A stretch of 64,000 nt of DNA from Myxococcales bacterium (GCA_045863395.1 BTVJ01000034.1:1-64000); one strand, 5' to 3'. Counted from the first letter of the stretch, positions 19,390 to 33,094 are shown. Notes: generated by a model from the letters alone, not told the origin. Made by a program: numbers and translations.

Positions 19390-20949
19390 ATGAAGCAATT
19401 GTGGCTGGCCACACTGGCCGTGGTGCTCGCGTGTGAGGGCGCGCAGATCCCCGACGATGGCGACCAGGCCATCGTGGCCGTAGACCTGGAGGCGCTGGCC
19501 AAACCCCTCGCCCAGGAGGGCCTCCTCCCGAGCCTGATCGAGATCACCGTGGACGGGGAGACCCGGGCCCAGGCAACGCTCCCCGCCCCGACGGGCCTCC
19601 TCGCGGGGCACGTGGCGCTCGGTGTGTCCGCCGGTGAGCCACTTGCGCTCGTCGTACACGCCACCTGGGGGGACGGCGCCGCCGCCTCGACCCAGCCCTT
19701 CACGGTCACCGCCCTGCCCGACGAGGTAGTGCTGCTCCCCGTGCTCCTGGAGCGGGGCGCGCCCGCCCCTCTCATCGTCGGCGCCGAGACCCGCGTCCGC
19801 CTGCCCCTCGGAACGCGCCTGGCCATCGAGTGGCTCGACCGCCAGACGGAGCAGGGGCCAGACGCACCGGCGGCCACCATTGCGCGACTGCTGCGGGACC
19901 CCGCGGTGGTCTCCGTCGCTCCGTTCGGGGAGGCCCCCTCGCCCGTGGACGAGGTGGGTGCGCTCGTCACGGGGGAGCGGGCCCTGGCCGCGGTCGACAC
20001 GGGAACCACCGCCGAGCTCACCAGCCGCGCGGGCGTGTCGCCGGCCGCTGCGCCTCGTTCGGCAGCGCGGCCAGACCTCGTCGCCAGCACCGAGCGAGCG
20101 GCCACCACGAACGCACCCGACAGCCGGATCACGTCCTGGCGCCTCCTCCGTGTGACCATGGGCGCTCCCCGAGCGACCGGCGATCTCATCTACTACTACT
20201 CATACTGCGACTGCGGGCGCCCCGCACCGGACCGCGCCTACACCCTCACGAGCCCGGACGGGCGAACGCTGAAGGGCATGAGCGACCGCCACGGCTTCGT
20301 GCTGGTCCCACGGGCCGGCGAGGGGCGCCTCGACTTCGGACCCACGCAGCGGCCTCGCCCCCGAGGCTACGCCTACGTGGCCGGCGATCCGGCGACCCAC
20401 GAGGCGATGCTCCAGGCGCTGGGCGCCAGTGACGCCAACACGATCCTCACGGCGCTCCTCGACCTGCGCACGGAGCCTCTGCCCGAGGCCTACCACCCGC
20501 TCGTGGGCCTCCTCGAGCACGCGGAGCTGTCCGTGCGCCTCAACGCGGCGGTCGCGCTGTCCCGGTACGGAGACGAGGCCCTCGCGCCGCTGGTGGCGTG
20601 CCGTGTCGCGCGCTTGAGTCACGGGGACGCGGCCTCCCACGTCGAGACCCTGGGGGCCCTGCGCCACCCGAGCGCCGTCCCGGCGCTGCTGCCGCTGCTC
20701 GACGCCGATGACGTGGCCGTGCGCACAGCCGCCGCCTGGGCCCTCGGCTTCATCGGCGACCCGCGCGCCCTCACGCCGCTGGAGTGGGCCCTCTCGGACC
20801 CGGACGCCGCCGTACGGGCCGAGGCCGCTCTCGCAGTGGGCCGCATCGGCGCCTTCGGCACCCTGGAGGCCCTCGAAGCAATGCTGGACGACGGGAGCGC
20901 CGCGGTCGTGCCGCGGGTGCAGGAGGCCATGGCCCTGGCGACCTGGTAG
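19390..20949 (+). CDS. Lipoprotein with C-terminal HEAT repeats
   Basis: GGAGG SD, lipobox VLAC, VRxxAAxALG repeats. Confidence 0.75.
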   Translation: MKQLWLATLAVVLACEGAQIPDDGDQAIVAVDLEALAKPLAQEGLLPSLIEITVDGETRAQATLPAPTGLLAGHVALGVSAGEPLALVVHATWGDGAAASTQPFTVTALPDEVVLLPVLLERGAPAPLIVGAETRVRLPLGTRLAIEWLDRQTEQGPDAPAATIARLLRDPAVVSVAPFGEAPSPVDEVGALVTGERALAAVDTGTTAELTSRAGVSPAAAPRSAARPDLVASTERAATTNAPDSRITSWRLLRVTMGAPRATGDLIYYYSYCDCGRPAPDRAYTLTSPDGRTLKGMSDRHGFVLVPRAGEGRLDFGPTQRPRPRGYAYVAGDPATHEAMLQALGASDANTILTALLDLRTEPLPEAYHPLVGLLEHAELSVRLNAAVALSRYGDEALAPLVACRVARLSHGDAASHVETLGALRHPSAVPALLPLLDADDVAVRTAAAWALGFIGDPRALTPLEWALSDPDAAVRAEAALAVGRIGAFGTLEALEAMLDDGSAAVVPRVQEAMALATW

Positions 20950-20955
20950 CCGAGA

Positions 20956-23105
<2,150 letters not shown>

Positions 23106-23166
23106 CGCCGGGAGCAGCACGCTCCCCTGCGGCAACACCGCTCGATCACGCCGTACCGCTGCGCCG

Positions 23167-24168
23167 TCAGCGCTTCTTCTTGGCCCCCCGCTTCTCGCGG
23201 CGCCGCCGCTCGGCCCGCCGCTCCAGCTCACGGCGGCGGCGCTCTGCCAGCGCCTCGAGGAAGACGCGACCGGCCTCGGCGGCGCGACCTTGCAGCTCGA
23301 GGGCGCTCGCCAGGGCATCGCGCATCCCCTCGGCCTCGGCGTCGTCCTCGGCCAGGGCGATGGCGCGCACCGCCACCCGCTCGGCGGTGGGCCCGTCGCC
23401 CAGCTCTACATAGACCTCGGCGACGTGCCCCACGAGCGGCGCCGAGTCTCCGTATGCGGCCAGGGCGGCGGAGAGAGCCGTCCGCGCGCGGTCCGGCTCC
23501 CCGTTGTTGGCGAGCAGGCTCGCGAGCGCCACGGGCCCGAGCCCATGGGAGTCGAGCGCGGGCTCCAGAGCGGTCGCCGCTTCGACCCATGGCTCCACCT
23601 CCGTGAGTCCGCGGGCCGTTGCGAGCCGCTCCAGCACCCAGTCTCTGAGGTCGATGTGCAGCTCCATGTCCAGCGCATCGAGGATGTCCGGCGAGCTGTC
23701 CGCGGCCGCCACCAGTCGCCTCAGCACGGCGAGCACGTGGTCCGGCCCCCCCTTGCGCGCCGCCCGGATCAGCGCCTCGACCGCGTCGGCCTCGGTCTCC
23801 AGGGAGGGCTCTTCGGGCAGCAGCCGTGCCCACAAGGCGCGCGCCGCCAGCCACGGCAGGTACGCGTCCCTCTCGTCGGTGACGGCCGCCCGTGCCTCCC
23901 AGGCGTCCGAGACCTCTCGCGGCCCAGGCTGCCCCTCCGCGGCGGCGCGGAACCCGGCCTCGTCCGTGTCAATCCCAACCAGCCGAAGATACTCGAAGAT
24001 CGCCTCCGTCGGCGTGTCGTCGAAGCCGTCGACGAACCACCCTCTGCCAGATTGGCGGTCCTCCTCTGCCCGCTGCCGGAACCCTCTGAGCTGATCGTCG
24101 GGGAGGCGCGGAAGCTCCCCGCGCACCGCCGCCCGCCACGCCTTCCACTCCCTCGTCCGCCTCGACAT
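23167..24168 (-). CDS. Hypothetical protein with C-terminal TPR-like helices and basic tail
   Basis: GGAGG SD; LASLLANNGEPDRARTAL, LELQGRAAEA TPR-like patterns. Confidence 0.65.
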   Translation of the reverse strand: MSRRTREWKAWRAAVRGELPRLPDDQLRGFRQRAEEDRQSGRGWFVDGFDDTPTEAIFEYLRLVGIDTDEAGFRAAAEGQPGPREVSDAWEARAAVTDERDAYLPWLAARALWARLLPEEPSLETEADAVEALIRAARKGGPDHVLAVLRRLVAAADSSPDILDALDMELHIDLRDWVLERLATARGLTEVEPWVEAATALEPALDSHGLGPVALASLLANNGEPDRARTALSAALAAYGDSAPLVGHVAEVYVELGDGPTAERVAVRAIALAEDDAEAEGMRDALASALELQGRAAEAGRVFLEALAERRRRELERRAERRRREKRGAKKKR

Positions 24169-24268
24169 GCTCCACCTCCTGGGGTCCGGGCGACTCTAGC
24201 GGGAAACGCCACCACCGTCGAGCCCGCCAGTTGCGCCACCTGACGGGCCCGCGCTATTGTCGGACCCC

Positions 24269-25111
24269 ATGACGGAGCTCCCCGACTATCACCACCGCTT
24301 CCACGCCGGCAACGTGGGCGACGTGTGGAAGCACTGCGTCCTGGTCGCGGCCATCGAGGCCCTGGCTGGCGACCGCCCGGTCCACCTCATCGAGACGCAT
24401 GCGGGCGAGGGGCGCTACCCGCTCGGCCCCACGGGCGAGTGGACCGAGGGCATCGGGCGCCTGCGGGTGGCCCCGCCGGGCTCACCACCCGCGGTGACGC
24501 GGTTCATCGCTCTAATCGACAGGCTGGGTGGCCAGCGCACCTACCCGGGATCACCGGCCCTCGCGCTGGCGCTCCTCCGCCCGCAGGATCGCCTGCTCCT
24601 GCACGAGCTGCGCCCCGAGGCGGCGGTCGCCCTGCGCCGCGCGGCCGACGACCCGCGCGCCACGGTGATCGAGGGCGACGGCCTCGCCGGCCTGGAGCCC
24701 GCCCTGGCCGCCGTCCCCCCCGACGCGCTCCCCCTGGTGCTCGTCGACCCGCCCTGGAGCACCAAGCCCGAGTGGCTCACCGTGCCGGACACCCTTGCCC
24801 GCGCGCTGCGAGCCCACCCGCGGGCGGCCGCGCTGCTGTGGTACCCCATCAAGAGCCTGACCCGCCCGAACGCCATGTTGGCCCGCCTCGGCGCCGCCGG
24901 AGTGTCGGGGGAGACCGTGGAGCTGGTGACGACCCCGCTGGAGCTGAAGCGCAACCGGCTCAACGGGAGCGGCGTCGCGCTCATCGGACTTCCACCGGCG
25001 CTCCTGGCGACGGTCACGGGCGCCGCCCCCTCCCTGGGCGCGGCCTGCGCCACGCATGGGCGCTGGTCCATGCGCGCCCTGCGCTTCTGCCCGCCGGTTG
25101 TGGCGCCCTGA
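24269..25111 (+). CDS. rlmJ: 23S rRNA m6A2030 methyltransferase
   Basis: YHHRFHAGNVGDVWKH, ETHAGEG, YPGSP, VDPPW, WYPIK, GSG. Confidence 0.92.
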   Translation: MTELPDYHHRFHAGNVGDVWKHCVLVAAIEALAGDRPVHLIETHAGEGRYPLGPTGEWTEGIGRLRVAPPGSPPAVTRFIALIDRLGGQRTYPGSPALALALLRPQDRLLLHELRPEAAVALRRAADDPRATVIEGDGLAGLEPALAAVPPDALPLVLVDPPWSTKPEWLTVPDTLARALRAHPRAAALLWYPIKSLTRPNAMLARLGAAGVSGETVELVTTPLELKRNRLNGSGVALIGLPPALLATVTGAAPSLGAACATHGRWSMRALRFCPPVVAP

Positions 25112-25133
25112 GCGGCTCTGCTATAACCCCCGC

Positions 25134-26156
25134 ATGACGCCCACCCGAACATCGCTGCTCCTCCTCGTTGCCCTCGCCGGCTGCGCGTCCACGAGCGCGA
25201 CGGTGCCCCCACCGCCTCCAGGCCGCCTCACGCCAACGCCCATGCCGGACTCCTACGTGGAGGTCCCGGTCACCGAGGCGGTACGCCAGGCCGCGGCGCT
25301 CGCCCGTGAGGGACGCTTCGAGGAGGCCGAGCCACTCCTGAAGGATGCGGCGGAGGCCGAGCCCCCGGACCCGCTCGCCCTCTACAATCTAGGCACCCTG
25401 CGCCTGCGCCTGGGCGACCCCCAGGGGGCGACGATCCTGCTGGCCCGCGCCCTGGACCTGGCCCCGCGCCTCTATGGCGCCGCCAACAACCTCGCGGTGG
25501 CGCAACTCGCCCTGGACGAGACCGAGGCCGCCCGCCGGGCCCTGGCCCAGGCCGCGGCCATCGCGCCGGACCGCCCCGAGCCCTTCTCCAACCTGGGCCT
25601 GATCTGCCTCCGGGAGCTGGACTTCCCGTGCGCCGTCGAGTCGCTCAGCAAGGCGCGCGCGCTGGCCCCCGACAACGTCACGGTCCGCACGAACCTGGCC
25701 CACGCCTTCGCCCGCCAGGACCCGCAGGCCGCCGAGGACGAGTACCGTGAGGTGCTCCGCCGCGCGCCGAACCATGTCCCAGCCCTGGGCGGGCTGGCCA
25801 CGATCCTCATCGGGCGCCAGGACATCACGGGGGCAGACGCCCTCGTGCGCCGCGCTCTCGAGCTGGACCCTCGCGACGTGGTGACCCGGGTGAACGCCGG
25901 CGTCGTCGCCGAGAACCGGAACCAGCCCGCCGAGGCGGAGGCACACTACCGCGCGGCGCTGGAGGTGGACCCCACGAGCCCCGTCGCCTGGTACGACCTG
26001 GGCCACCTCCTGGAGCGCATGGGCCGGGTCGCCGACGCAAAGGCCGCCTATGAGACCTACCTGGACCATCCGAAGGACGTCATGGAGGCGTCCTACATCC
26101 GCTATCGCCTGAGCCGCCTTGCGGAGCTGCCCCCCGGAGGGGCACCGCAGCCCTGA
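25134..26156 (+). CDS. TPR-repeat lipoprotein
   Basis: Lipobox LAGC; multiple TPRs (ALYNLG, AANNLA, FSNLG, AWYDLG). Confidence 0.85.
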   Translation: MTPTRTSLLLLVALAGCASTSATVPPPPPGRLTPTPMPDSYVEVPVTEAVRQAAALAREGRFEEAEPLLKDAAEAEPPDPLALYNLGTLRLRLGDPQGATILLARALDLAPRLYGAANNLAVAQLALDETEAARRALAQAAAIAPDRPEPFSNLGLICLRELDFPCAVESLSKARALAPDNVTVRTNLAHAFARQDPQAAEDEYREVLRRAPNHVPALGGLATILIGRQDITGADALVRRALELDPRDVVTRVNAGVVAENRNQPAEAEAHYRAALEVDPTSPVAWYDLGHLLERMGRVADAKAAYETYLDHPKDVMEASYIRYRLSRLAELPPGGAPQP

Positions 26157-26172
26157 CCCCATGAGGACCCCG

Positions 26173-27437
<1,265 letters not shown>

Positions 27438-27441
<4 letters not shown>

Positions 27442-28595
27442 CCAGCCGGCCCACACCTCCGCCGGACCCCGTGCCCTTCGGCCGCTACACGCTCCTCGAG
27501 CGCCTGGCGGTGGGCGGCATGGCGGAGATCTACCGCGCCCGGCTCACGGGGATCGGCGGCTTCGAGAAGCCGGTCGCCATCAAGCGCATGCTCCCCCAGT
27601 ACACGTCCGACCGCGGCTACGTGGACATGCTGCTCGACGAGGCGCGCATCATGGCGCTCCTCGACCACGCCAACATCGTCCAGATCCTGGAGGTAGGCCA
27701 GGTCGGCCACCACTTCTACCTCGCCATGGAGCTCGTCGATGGCGCCGACCTCTACCGCACCCTGCGCACGCTGCACGAGCGGGGCGCCCAGCTCCCCATG
27801 GAGGCGGCGGCGTTCATCGTGCGCGAGGTGCTCACCGGCCTCCACTACGCCCACAACCGCACGGACGCGGACGGCAAGCTGCTCCACATCGTCCACCGCG
27901 ACGTGAGCCCGCAGAACGTGCTCCTGTCCTGGGAGGGGGACGTCAAGCTCATCGACTTCGGGATCGCCAAGGCGGACGCGCGCCTGACCACCACCGGCAG
28001 CGGCATCATCAAGGGCAAGTTCCAGTACATGTCCCCCGAGCAGGCCCGCGGCATGCCCTTGGACGTGCGCACGGACGTCTTCTCGGCGGGCATCCTGCTC
28101 TGGGAGGCGCTGACCGCCTCCCCGGTCTACGAGGACGAGGGGGAGGACTCGCTGATCAACAAGGTCCGCGAGGCCAACATCCCGGCACCGACGACGGTCC
28201 GCCCCGACGTCCCGCACATGCTCGAGGGCATCGCCATGCGCGCCCTGTCGGTGGACCCGGACGAGCGCTTCCAGACCGCGGCGGAGTTCCACCGGGCGCT
28301 GACGGCGTTCCTCGGCACCCGCGCCGTGGAGTTCACGCGGCTCGACCTCTCGGTGCTGCTGGCGGAGCTCATGCGGGGTCAGCGCCGCACCGACATCACG
28401 GCCCCGTTCTCGGCCCATGATCGCCAGCTCTCCCACGCGGACGACGACCTCGCCATGCCGCGCACGGAGCGCCGCCTGCGCGACGAGGCGCAGATGCTGG
28501 AGGACCGCTGGATTCGCGCGCTGCTGGCAGTCGCAGCAGGCACCATCGTGGCGACGGTCATGGCCATCGCTTGGGTGATCCTCACCTCGCCATGA
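27438..28595 (+). CDS. Eukaryotic-like Ser/Thr protein kinase with C-terminal TM anchor
   Basis: GGMAEIY, VAIK, HRDVSPQN, DFG, YMSPEQ; GTGA overlap with glyA. Confidence 0.93.
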
Positions 28596-28608
28596 GTGGG
28601 GGAGCGGC

Positions 28609-28637
28609 TTGACACCCACCCGCACGGCTGCTAGCGT
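28609..28637 (+). promoter_or_regulatory. Putative sigma70 promoter of a small ORF
   Basis: TTGACA-N17-TAGCGT with extended -10 TG. Confidence 0.6.
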
Positions 28638-28689
28638 CTCCAAGCCAAGCATCTGAAACAAAAGCGCAATTCACGCAGGGAAGCAACGC

Positions 28690-28812
28690 ATGGAGCCACG
28701 AGACCCGAAGAACCGCCCCTACCGGGTCGCGACCTACGTGGTGTTCATGCTGTTCGTGCTGGTGTTCTGCGTCCTGACCACCATCAGCGTGGTCAGAGGG
28801 GTGTTCCCGTAG
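28690..28812 (+). CDS. 40-aa single-pass small membrane protein (not in ORF track)
   Basis: MEPRDPKNRPYRVATYVVFMLFVLVFCVLTTISVVRGVFP; GC-rich third positions; AGGGA SD-like site; own promoter. Confidence 0.65.
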   Translation: MEPRDPKNRPYRVATYVVFMLFVLVFCVLTTISVVRGVFP

Positions 28813-29305
28813 GGACGACGCTCACGGCCGATCTGAGCTCAGCGACCCGCGCGGCGGGCCAGCCCCGCGTGCCAAGGGTGATGCGCCGCTCCTCCACGCC
28901 CGTCGGCTCCAGGTGCACGTCCAGCCGCACGGCGGGGAGGGCGTCAGGCACCCGATCCGCCCACTCCACCAGGCACAGCGCGCCCGCGTCCAGCCAGTCA
29001 CGCCAGCCGATGGCCTCGAGCTCGTCCTCGTCCGTCAGGCGGTAGAGGTCCAGGTGGAAGATGGGGAGCCGCCCCTCGTAGACCAGCGCGAGCACGAACG
29101 ACGGGCTGCGCACTGGGATCTCGGGCGGGACCCCGAGCGCCCGGGCGAGGGACCGCACGAAGAAGGTCTTTCCCGCCCCGAGGGTGCCGGTGAGCGCCAC
29201 GACGTCGCCGGCCCGCAGCACCCCCGCCAGCGCCTGTGCGACGGCAGACGTGCCGTCCTCGTCGGTCACCGTGACCTCCAGGCCGCTGTCCAGCGCCTGG
29301 CTCAC
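28793..29305 (-). CDS. tsaE: tRNA t6A biosynthesis ATPase
   Basis: GDVVALTGTLGAGKT, SPSF, HLDLYRL, LVEW. Confidence 0.93.
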   Translation of the reverse strand: MSQALDSGLEVTVTDEDGTSAVAQALAGVLRAGDVVALTGTLGAGKTFFVRSLARALGVPPEIPVRSPSFVLALVYEGRLPIFHLDLYRLTDEDELEAIGWRDWLDAGALCLVEWADRVPDALPAVRLDVHLEPTGVEERRITLGTRGWPAARVAELRSAVSVVPTGTPL

Positions 29306-29875
29306 TCAGAAGAGGACGGACATGAAGAGGCGCGCGTCGAAGTACGGCTCGATTGCCATCTCGCTGTCCTCGTAGAAGTTCCAGCCGAGCCACCCCCGCA
29401 GCTCCGCCCCGATGCCGTAGCTGCCCAGGAGGGCGACGATGCCCACCATGGCGCCCGGGTCCAGAGGCGCCCAGGAGGAGACCGCGTTGTCCACCGTGTC
29501 CGCCCCCGAGTACCCGTCCAGGCCCGACCGGATGGCGCCACCCACATAGGCTCCGAACACGCGGCTGCCGAAGCCGTACCCGAACTCCCACGTCAGCCCG
29601 ATGTTGCTCAGGTCTTTGTAGACGTAGTCGACGGCGAAGTCGAGGCTGAAGGCCGCGAAGAGGCCCTCCTCCAGCAGGCTGGATCCCGTGTGGATCCCGA
29701 CGGAGAGGAGGTGCCCCTCCGCGTTGGCGCCCCGCCGGTCCTGACGGAGGTAGCCGTAGCCGGCGAACATGCCGATGTCGCTCTCCGCCTGAGCCGGCAC
29801 GGCGGTCAGCCCGAGGATGGCCACCAGGGCTCCCGCAACCGATGCACGAGTGAAGCGCTTCATGGCACCCATCAC
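29306..29875 (-). CDS. Small outer-membrane beta-barrel-like protein
   Basis: Signal peptide, alternating aromatic/Gly strands, C-terminal Phe. Confidence 0.6.
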   Translation of the reverse strand: MMGAMKRFTRASVAGALVAILGLTAVPAQAESDIGMFAGYGYLRQDRRGANAEGHLLSVGIHTGSSLLEEGLFAAFSLDFAVDYVYKDLSNIGLTWEFGYGFGSRVFGAYVGGAIRSGLDGYSGADTVDNAVSSWAPLDPGAMVGIVALLGSYGIGAELRGWLGWNFYEDSEMAIEPYFDARLFMSVLF

Positions 29876-29881
29876 CTCCGT

Positions 29882-32155
29882 CTACTGGCACACTGGCTGG
29901 AGCGCGCAGTCCTGGTCGTCACAATCGATGAACCCGTCCCCGTTGTCGTCGGCCCCGTCGTCGCACGCGGTCTCCATGCAGGCAGGGTATAGATCGCAGA
30001 GGGGATCGGCGCAGTCAACCTTGCCGTTGCCGTTGTCGTCCTGGGCGTTGGTGCAGTCCTCGGCAGCAAGGATCTCTACATCGTCGATGAACCACCCGGT
30101 GCCGCCCGACCATGGAGCCGGCGAGTCCCCGATCCACCACCGCGCGCCGAAGACCCCGATGATCGCCCCCGAACCGACGGGGACCACGCGACGACGCCAC
30201 GCCCCTCGGTCCTCCGGGAGCATCGTCAGGCCAAACTCCCACTTCTCGCCGCTCTTTCCGATCACCGTGAAGCCGCGCGAGACCTCGGCCCCCTCCGCCG
30301 GCTCGGGCAGGTCCACATACTCCATCCATGTGACCGAGACACTCGCGAACCCGGGATCCCAGCAGCACAGCTCCGCCGTCACCCGCTGCCCGGTGGCTCC
30401 AGCGGACACGCCGGCCTGGGACCCATCGTTGAAGTTGAGCGTGGCCTTGCCCGACCACGGCGTCACGGTCGCGGGCGTCCCGTCCACCGTGAAGGCGTAG
30501 GGGTTGCCGGCCTGAGACATGGCCCCGAACCCGGGCCCGGGCCCCGTATCGAAGGTGACCAGCGCTGGGAGCGAGTTGACCGCGTCGCACACGGCGCCCC
30601 CCACGACGACGCAGCCCGGCTGGGCGCAGTCGGCGGCCCCGTCGCCGTCGTCGTCCTTGCCGTTGGCGCAGCTCGCCTCGGCCGGGCACTGGGCCGCGGA
30701 CCACGAGCTCTTGCACGACCCGGCGTTGCAGGTGTCGACGGTGCACGCATCACCGTCGTCACAGGCGTCGGTCCCGACGCACACACCCGCCTGGCAGGAG
30801 GCTCCGGTGAAGCAGTCGCCGGCCAGCTCGCAGTAGCTCCCATCCCCGACGGGCGAGCTCTTGCACCCCTCCGCCGGCTCGCACCAGTCCGACGTGCACG
30901 GGTTGCCGTCGTCGCAGGCCAGCTCTCCGGCAGCGCCGCAGTACCCAGAGGTGCACGTCTCCCCTACGGTGCAGGCGTTCCCGTCGTCGCACTTCGCGCC
31001 GTCGCCCACCGGAGTCCCGGCGCTGCACCACCCGCTCTGGCACAGGCTCCCACCCGTGCAGGGGTCGCCGTCCTCGCACGGAGACCCGTTGGACTTCGGC
31101 ACCCCGATGGAGCACTCCAGCCCCTCACACAGCGCCTTCTCCCAGCAGGGGTTCGACGCCGGGCACTCCGTACCCTGGGGTGCGGGGGTTGCGGTGCAGC
31201 CCGCGCTCGGCGAGCAGGACTCCACGGTGCACGGATTGCCGTCGTCGGGGCAGTCGACCGAGGTGCCGCCAGCGCACTGCCCCTCGCTGCACACCGTCCC
31301 CTCCGTGCATGGGTCCCCGTCGTCGCACGCGCCGTCGTCACCGATGGGGACCCCACCGCCGCACTTGCCCCCGGCGCAGGTGGTCCCGCCCGTGCATGGG
31401 TTGGCGTCGTCGCACAGGTCGCCCTCGCCGACCGGCGTCCCGGCGCAGGAGCCCGTCGCGCAGGAGTCGTTGACCGTGCAGGGGTCTCCGTCGTCGCACC
31501 CGGTGCCTCCCAGCGCCTGGTTGACGCAGCCGCTCGACGAGTCGCACCAATCCTGCGTGCAGGGGTTGCCGTCGTCGCAGCTCTTTGCGGCGCCGGGGTT
31601 GCAGTAGCCGCTTTCATCGCACGTCCCTCCCTGGTAGCACTTGTCGGCGTAGGCGCAAGTCGTCCCGGCCGTCTTGGGCTGGTAGGTGCAGCCGCCGAGC
31701 TTGTCACAGGAGTCATTCGTGCACGGGTTGGAGTCGTCGCACACGGTGGTCTGGCCCGGGACGCAGGCGCCCGCCTTGCACTGGTCCCCCTGGGTACAGA
31801 AGTTGCCGTCGTCGCAGTACGCGCCGTCGCCGGCTGGGGTGGATACGCAGGCGCCCGTGTTGGGGTCGCACGCCTGGGTGACACAGGCGGTGCCACCTTG
31901 GCAGGTCACCCCCTCCTGGTACACGCACAGGCCGCCGATGCACCGCTCCTGCGCAGAGCAGCGGTCCGTGGGACGGAACCCGGCGCACTCGGTGTCCTGG
32001 GTACACGCCTTGGCCGGGTCCCCGGGCTGCCCCGGGGTAGCGGGCTCCGCAGAGCCGCCGCCCGAGTCGTCCCCCTCGTCGTCCGAGGATGCCACGCTCA
32101 GCCAGAACACGCTGAGCAGGACCATGACCTCGCCTGTCAGTCGGAGTTTTCGCAC
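29882..32155 (-). CDS. Secreted Cys-rich protein with CDDGNPCT repeats and a jelly-roll-like domain
   Basis: More than 10 CDD(G/S/A)(N/D)xCT repeats; DDDGDGxxDC motifs; TFDTG...WFIDDVEI domain; GGAGG SD. Confidence 0.85.
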   Translation of the reverse strand: MRKLRLTGEVMVLLSVFWLSVASSDDEGDDSGGGSAEPATPGQPGDPAKACTQDTECAGFRPTDRCSAQERCIGGLCVYQEGVTCQGGTACVTQACDPNTGACVSTPAGDGAYCDDGNFCTQGDQCKAGACVPGQTTVCDDSNPCTNDSCDKLGGCTYQPKTAGTTCAYADKCYQGGTCDESGYCNPGAAKSCDDGNPCTQDWCDSSSGCVNQALGGTGCDDGDPCTVNDSCATGSCAGTPVGEGDLCDDANPCTGGTTCAGGKCGGGVPIGDDGACDDGDPCTEGTVCSEGQCAGGTSVDCPDDGNPCTVESCSPSAGCTATPAPQGTECPASNPCWEKALCEGLECSIGVPKSNGSPCEDGDPCTGGSLCQSGWCSAGTPVGDGAKCDDGNACTVGETCTSGYCGAAGELACDDGNPCTSDWCEPAEGCKSSPVGDGSYCELAGDCFTGASCQAGVCVGTDACDDGDACTVDTCNAGSCKSSWSAAQCPAEASCANGKDDDGDGAADCAQPGCVVVGGAVCDAVNSLPALVTFDTGPGPGFGAMSQAGNPYAFTVDGTPATVTPWSGKATLNFNDGSQAGVSAGATGQRVTAELCCWDPGFASVSVTWMEYVDLPEPAEGAEVSRGFTVIGKSGEKWEFGLTMLPEDRGAWRRRVVPVGSGAIIGVFGARWWIGDSPAPWSGGTGWFIDDVEILAAEDCTNAQDDNGNGKVDCADPLCDLYPACMETACDDGADDNGDGFIDCDDQDCALQPVCQ

Positions 32156-32305
32156 CTGCTCCTCCCTTGGGATGATTCGCCGGGCAGCATGGCGTCAGGT
32201 TTGGGGCGTGTCAAACGGCGTCCTCGACCGGCGGTCGAGAGCCAAGGTGCCTGCCGCCCGGCACCGACACCACCCAGGCGCCACGGGTTCCGGGATGAGG
32301 CAGGC

Positions 32306-32800
32306 GTGAAGCATCGGCAAGAGGAGAGGTCAGCTCCGAGCCGCCCGCACGTCCTCCCCATCGAGGAGCTCGTCCACCCCTGGCCCCTGCTCGCCGTGGT
32401 CGTGCTCGCGCTCAACGACCACTGGCTCAAGGGCGCCGGGCTCCTGCCCGGCTGGGTGACGGGAAAGCTCTCGGACGTGGCCGGCCTGTTCTTCTTCCCT
32501 CTTCTGCTCACCGCTGTCTCCCGCGTGGCGTCGCGCCTCTTGCGCCACCCGGACGCCCTGACCCGGCGGCGGCTGGGCGTCGCCATCGCGTTGACGGCGG
32601 CAGCGTTCACCGCCATCCAGCTCTGGCCGGCCGCCGCCGGCGCCTACGAGTGGCTCATGCCGCGCCTCGATCCGACCGGGCTCGTGCGCCAGGTCCGCGT
32701 GACCATGGACCCGGCGGACCTCCTCGCCCTGCCGGCGCTGCTCCTGACCTGGCTCCACGGCCGTCGCTTCTTCGAAGCGGCGCCTCCCGACCGCCCATGA
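32306..32800 (+). CDS. Hypothetical integral membrane protein
   Basis: LALNDHWLK, VTGKLSDVAGL, MDPADLLAL motifs; several TM segments. Confidence 0.75.
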   Translation: MKHRQEERSAPSRPHVLPIEELVHPWPLLAVVVLALNDHWLKGAGLLPGWVTGKLSDVAGLFFFPLLLTAVSRVASRLLRHPDALTRRRLGVAIALTAAAFTAIQLWPAAAGAYEWLMPRLDPTGLVRQVRVTMDPADLLALPALLLTWLHGRRFFEAAPPDRP

Positions 32801-32856
32801 TGCCCCGGTATTCACGGGGCGACGAAAAAGATGCGCCCGGCCCGGCAGCGCCGGCA

Positions 32857-32890
32857 CCGGAAGCGTGCTTCCGGGAATTTGCTTTCTTCA
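32857..32890 (+). terminator. Possible intrinsic terminator or operator palindrome
   Basis: CCGGAAGC-GT-GCTTCCGG followed by T-rich GAATTTGCTTTCTTC. Confidence 0.35.
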
Positions 32891-33028
32891 CGCGCCCTTG
32901 CGATTTTCTTTGGGCGTGGCATGAATGCGGGAGGAACCCGGCCGTTGATGCGCTGTCAGCTCACGGCACTCTGCGCGTCAGAGAGCATTCGGCGGTGGTC
33001 AGGGGCAGGGTGCAGCCCCTGATTTTCC

Positions 33029-33056
33029 TTGACGCGTCGCGGGCATCTCATAAAGT
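33029..33056 (+). promoter_or_regulatory. Putative sigma70 promoter
   Basis: TTGACG-N16-TAAAGT upstream of GGAGG SD and GTG 33095. Confidence 0.55.
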
Positions 33057-33094
33057 GCACCCTCATTCGGACGGCACCACGGAGGAAAACGACA

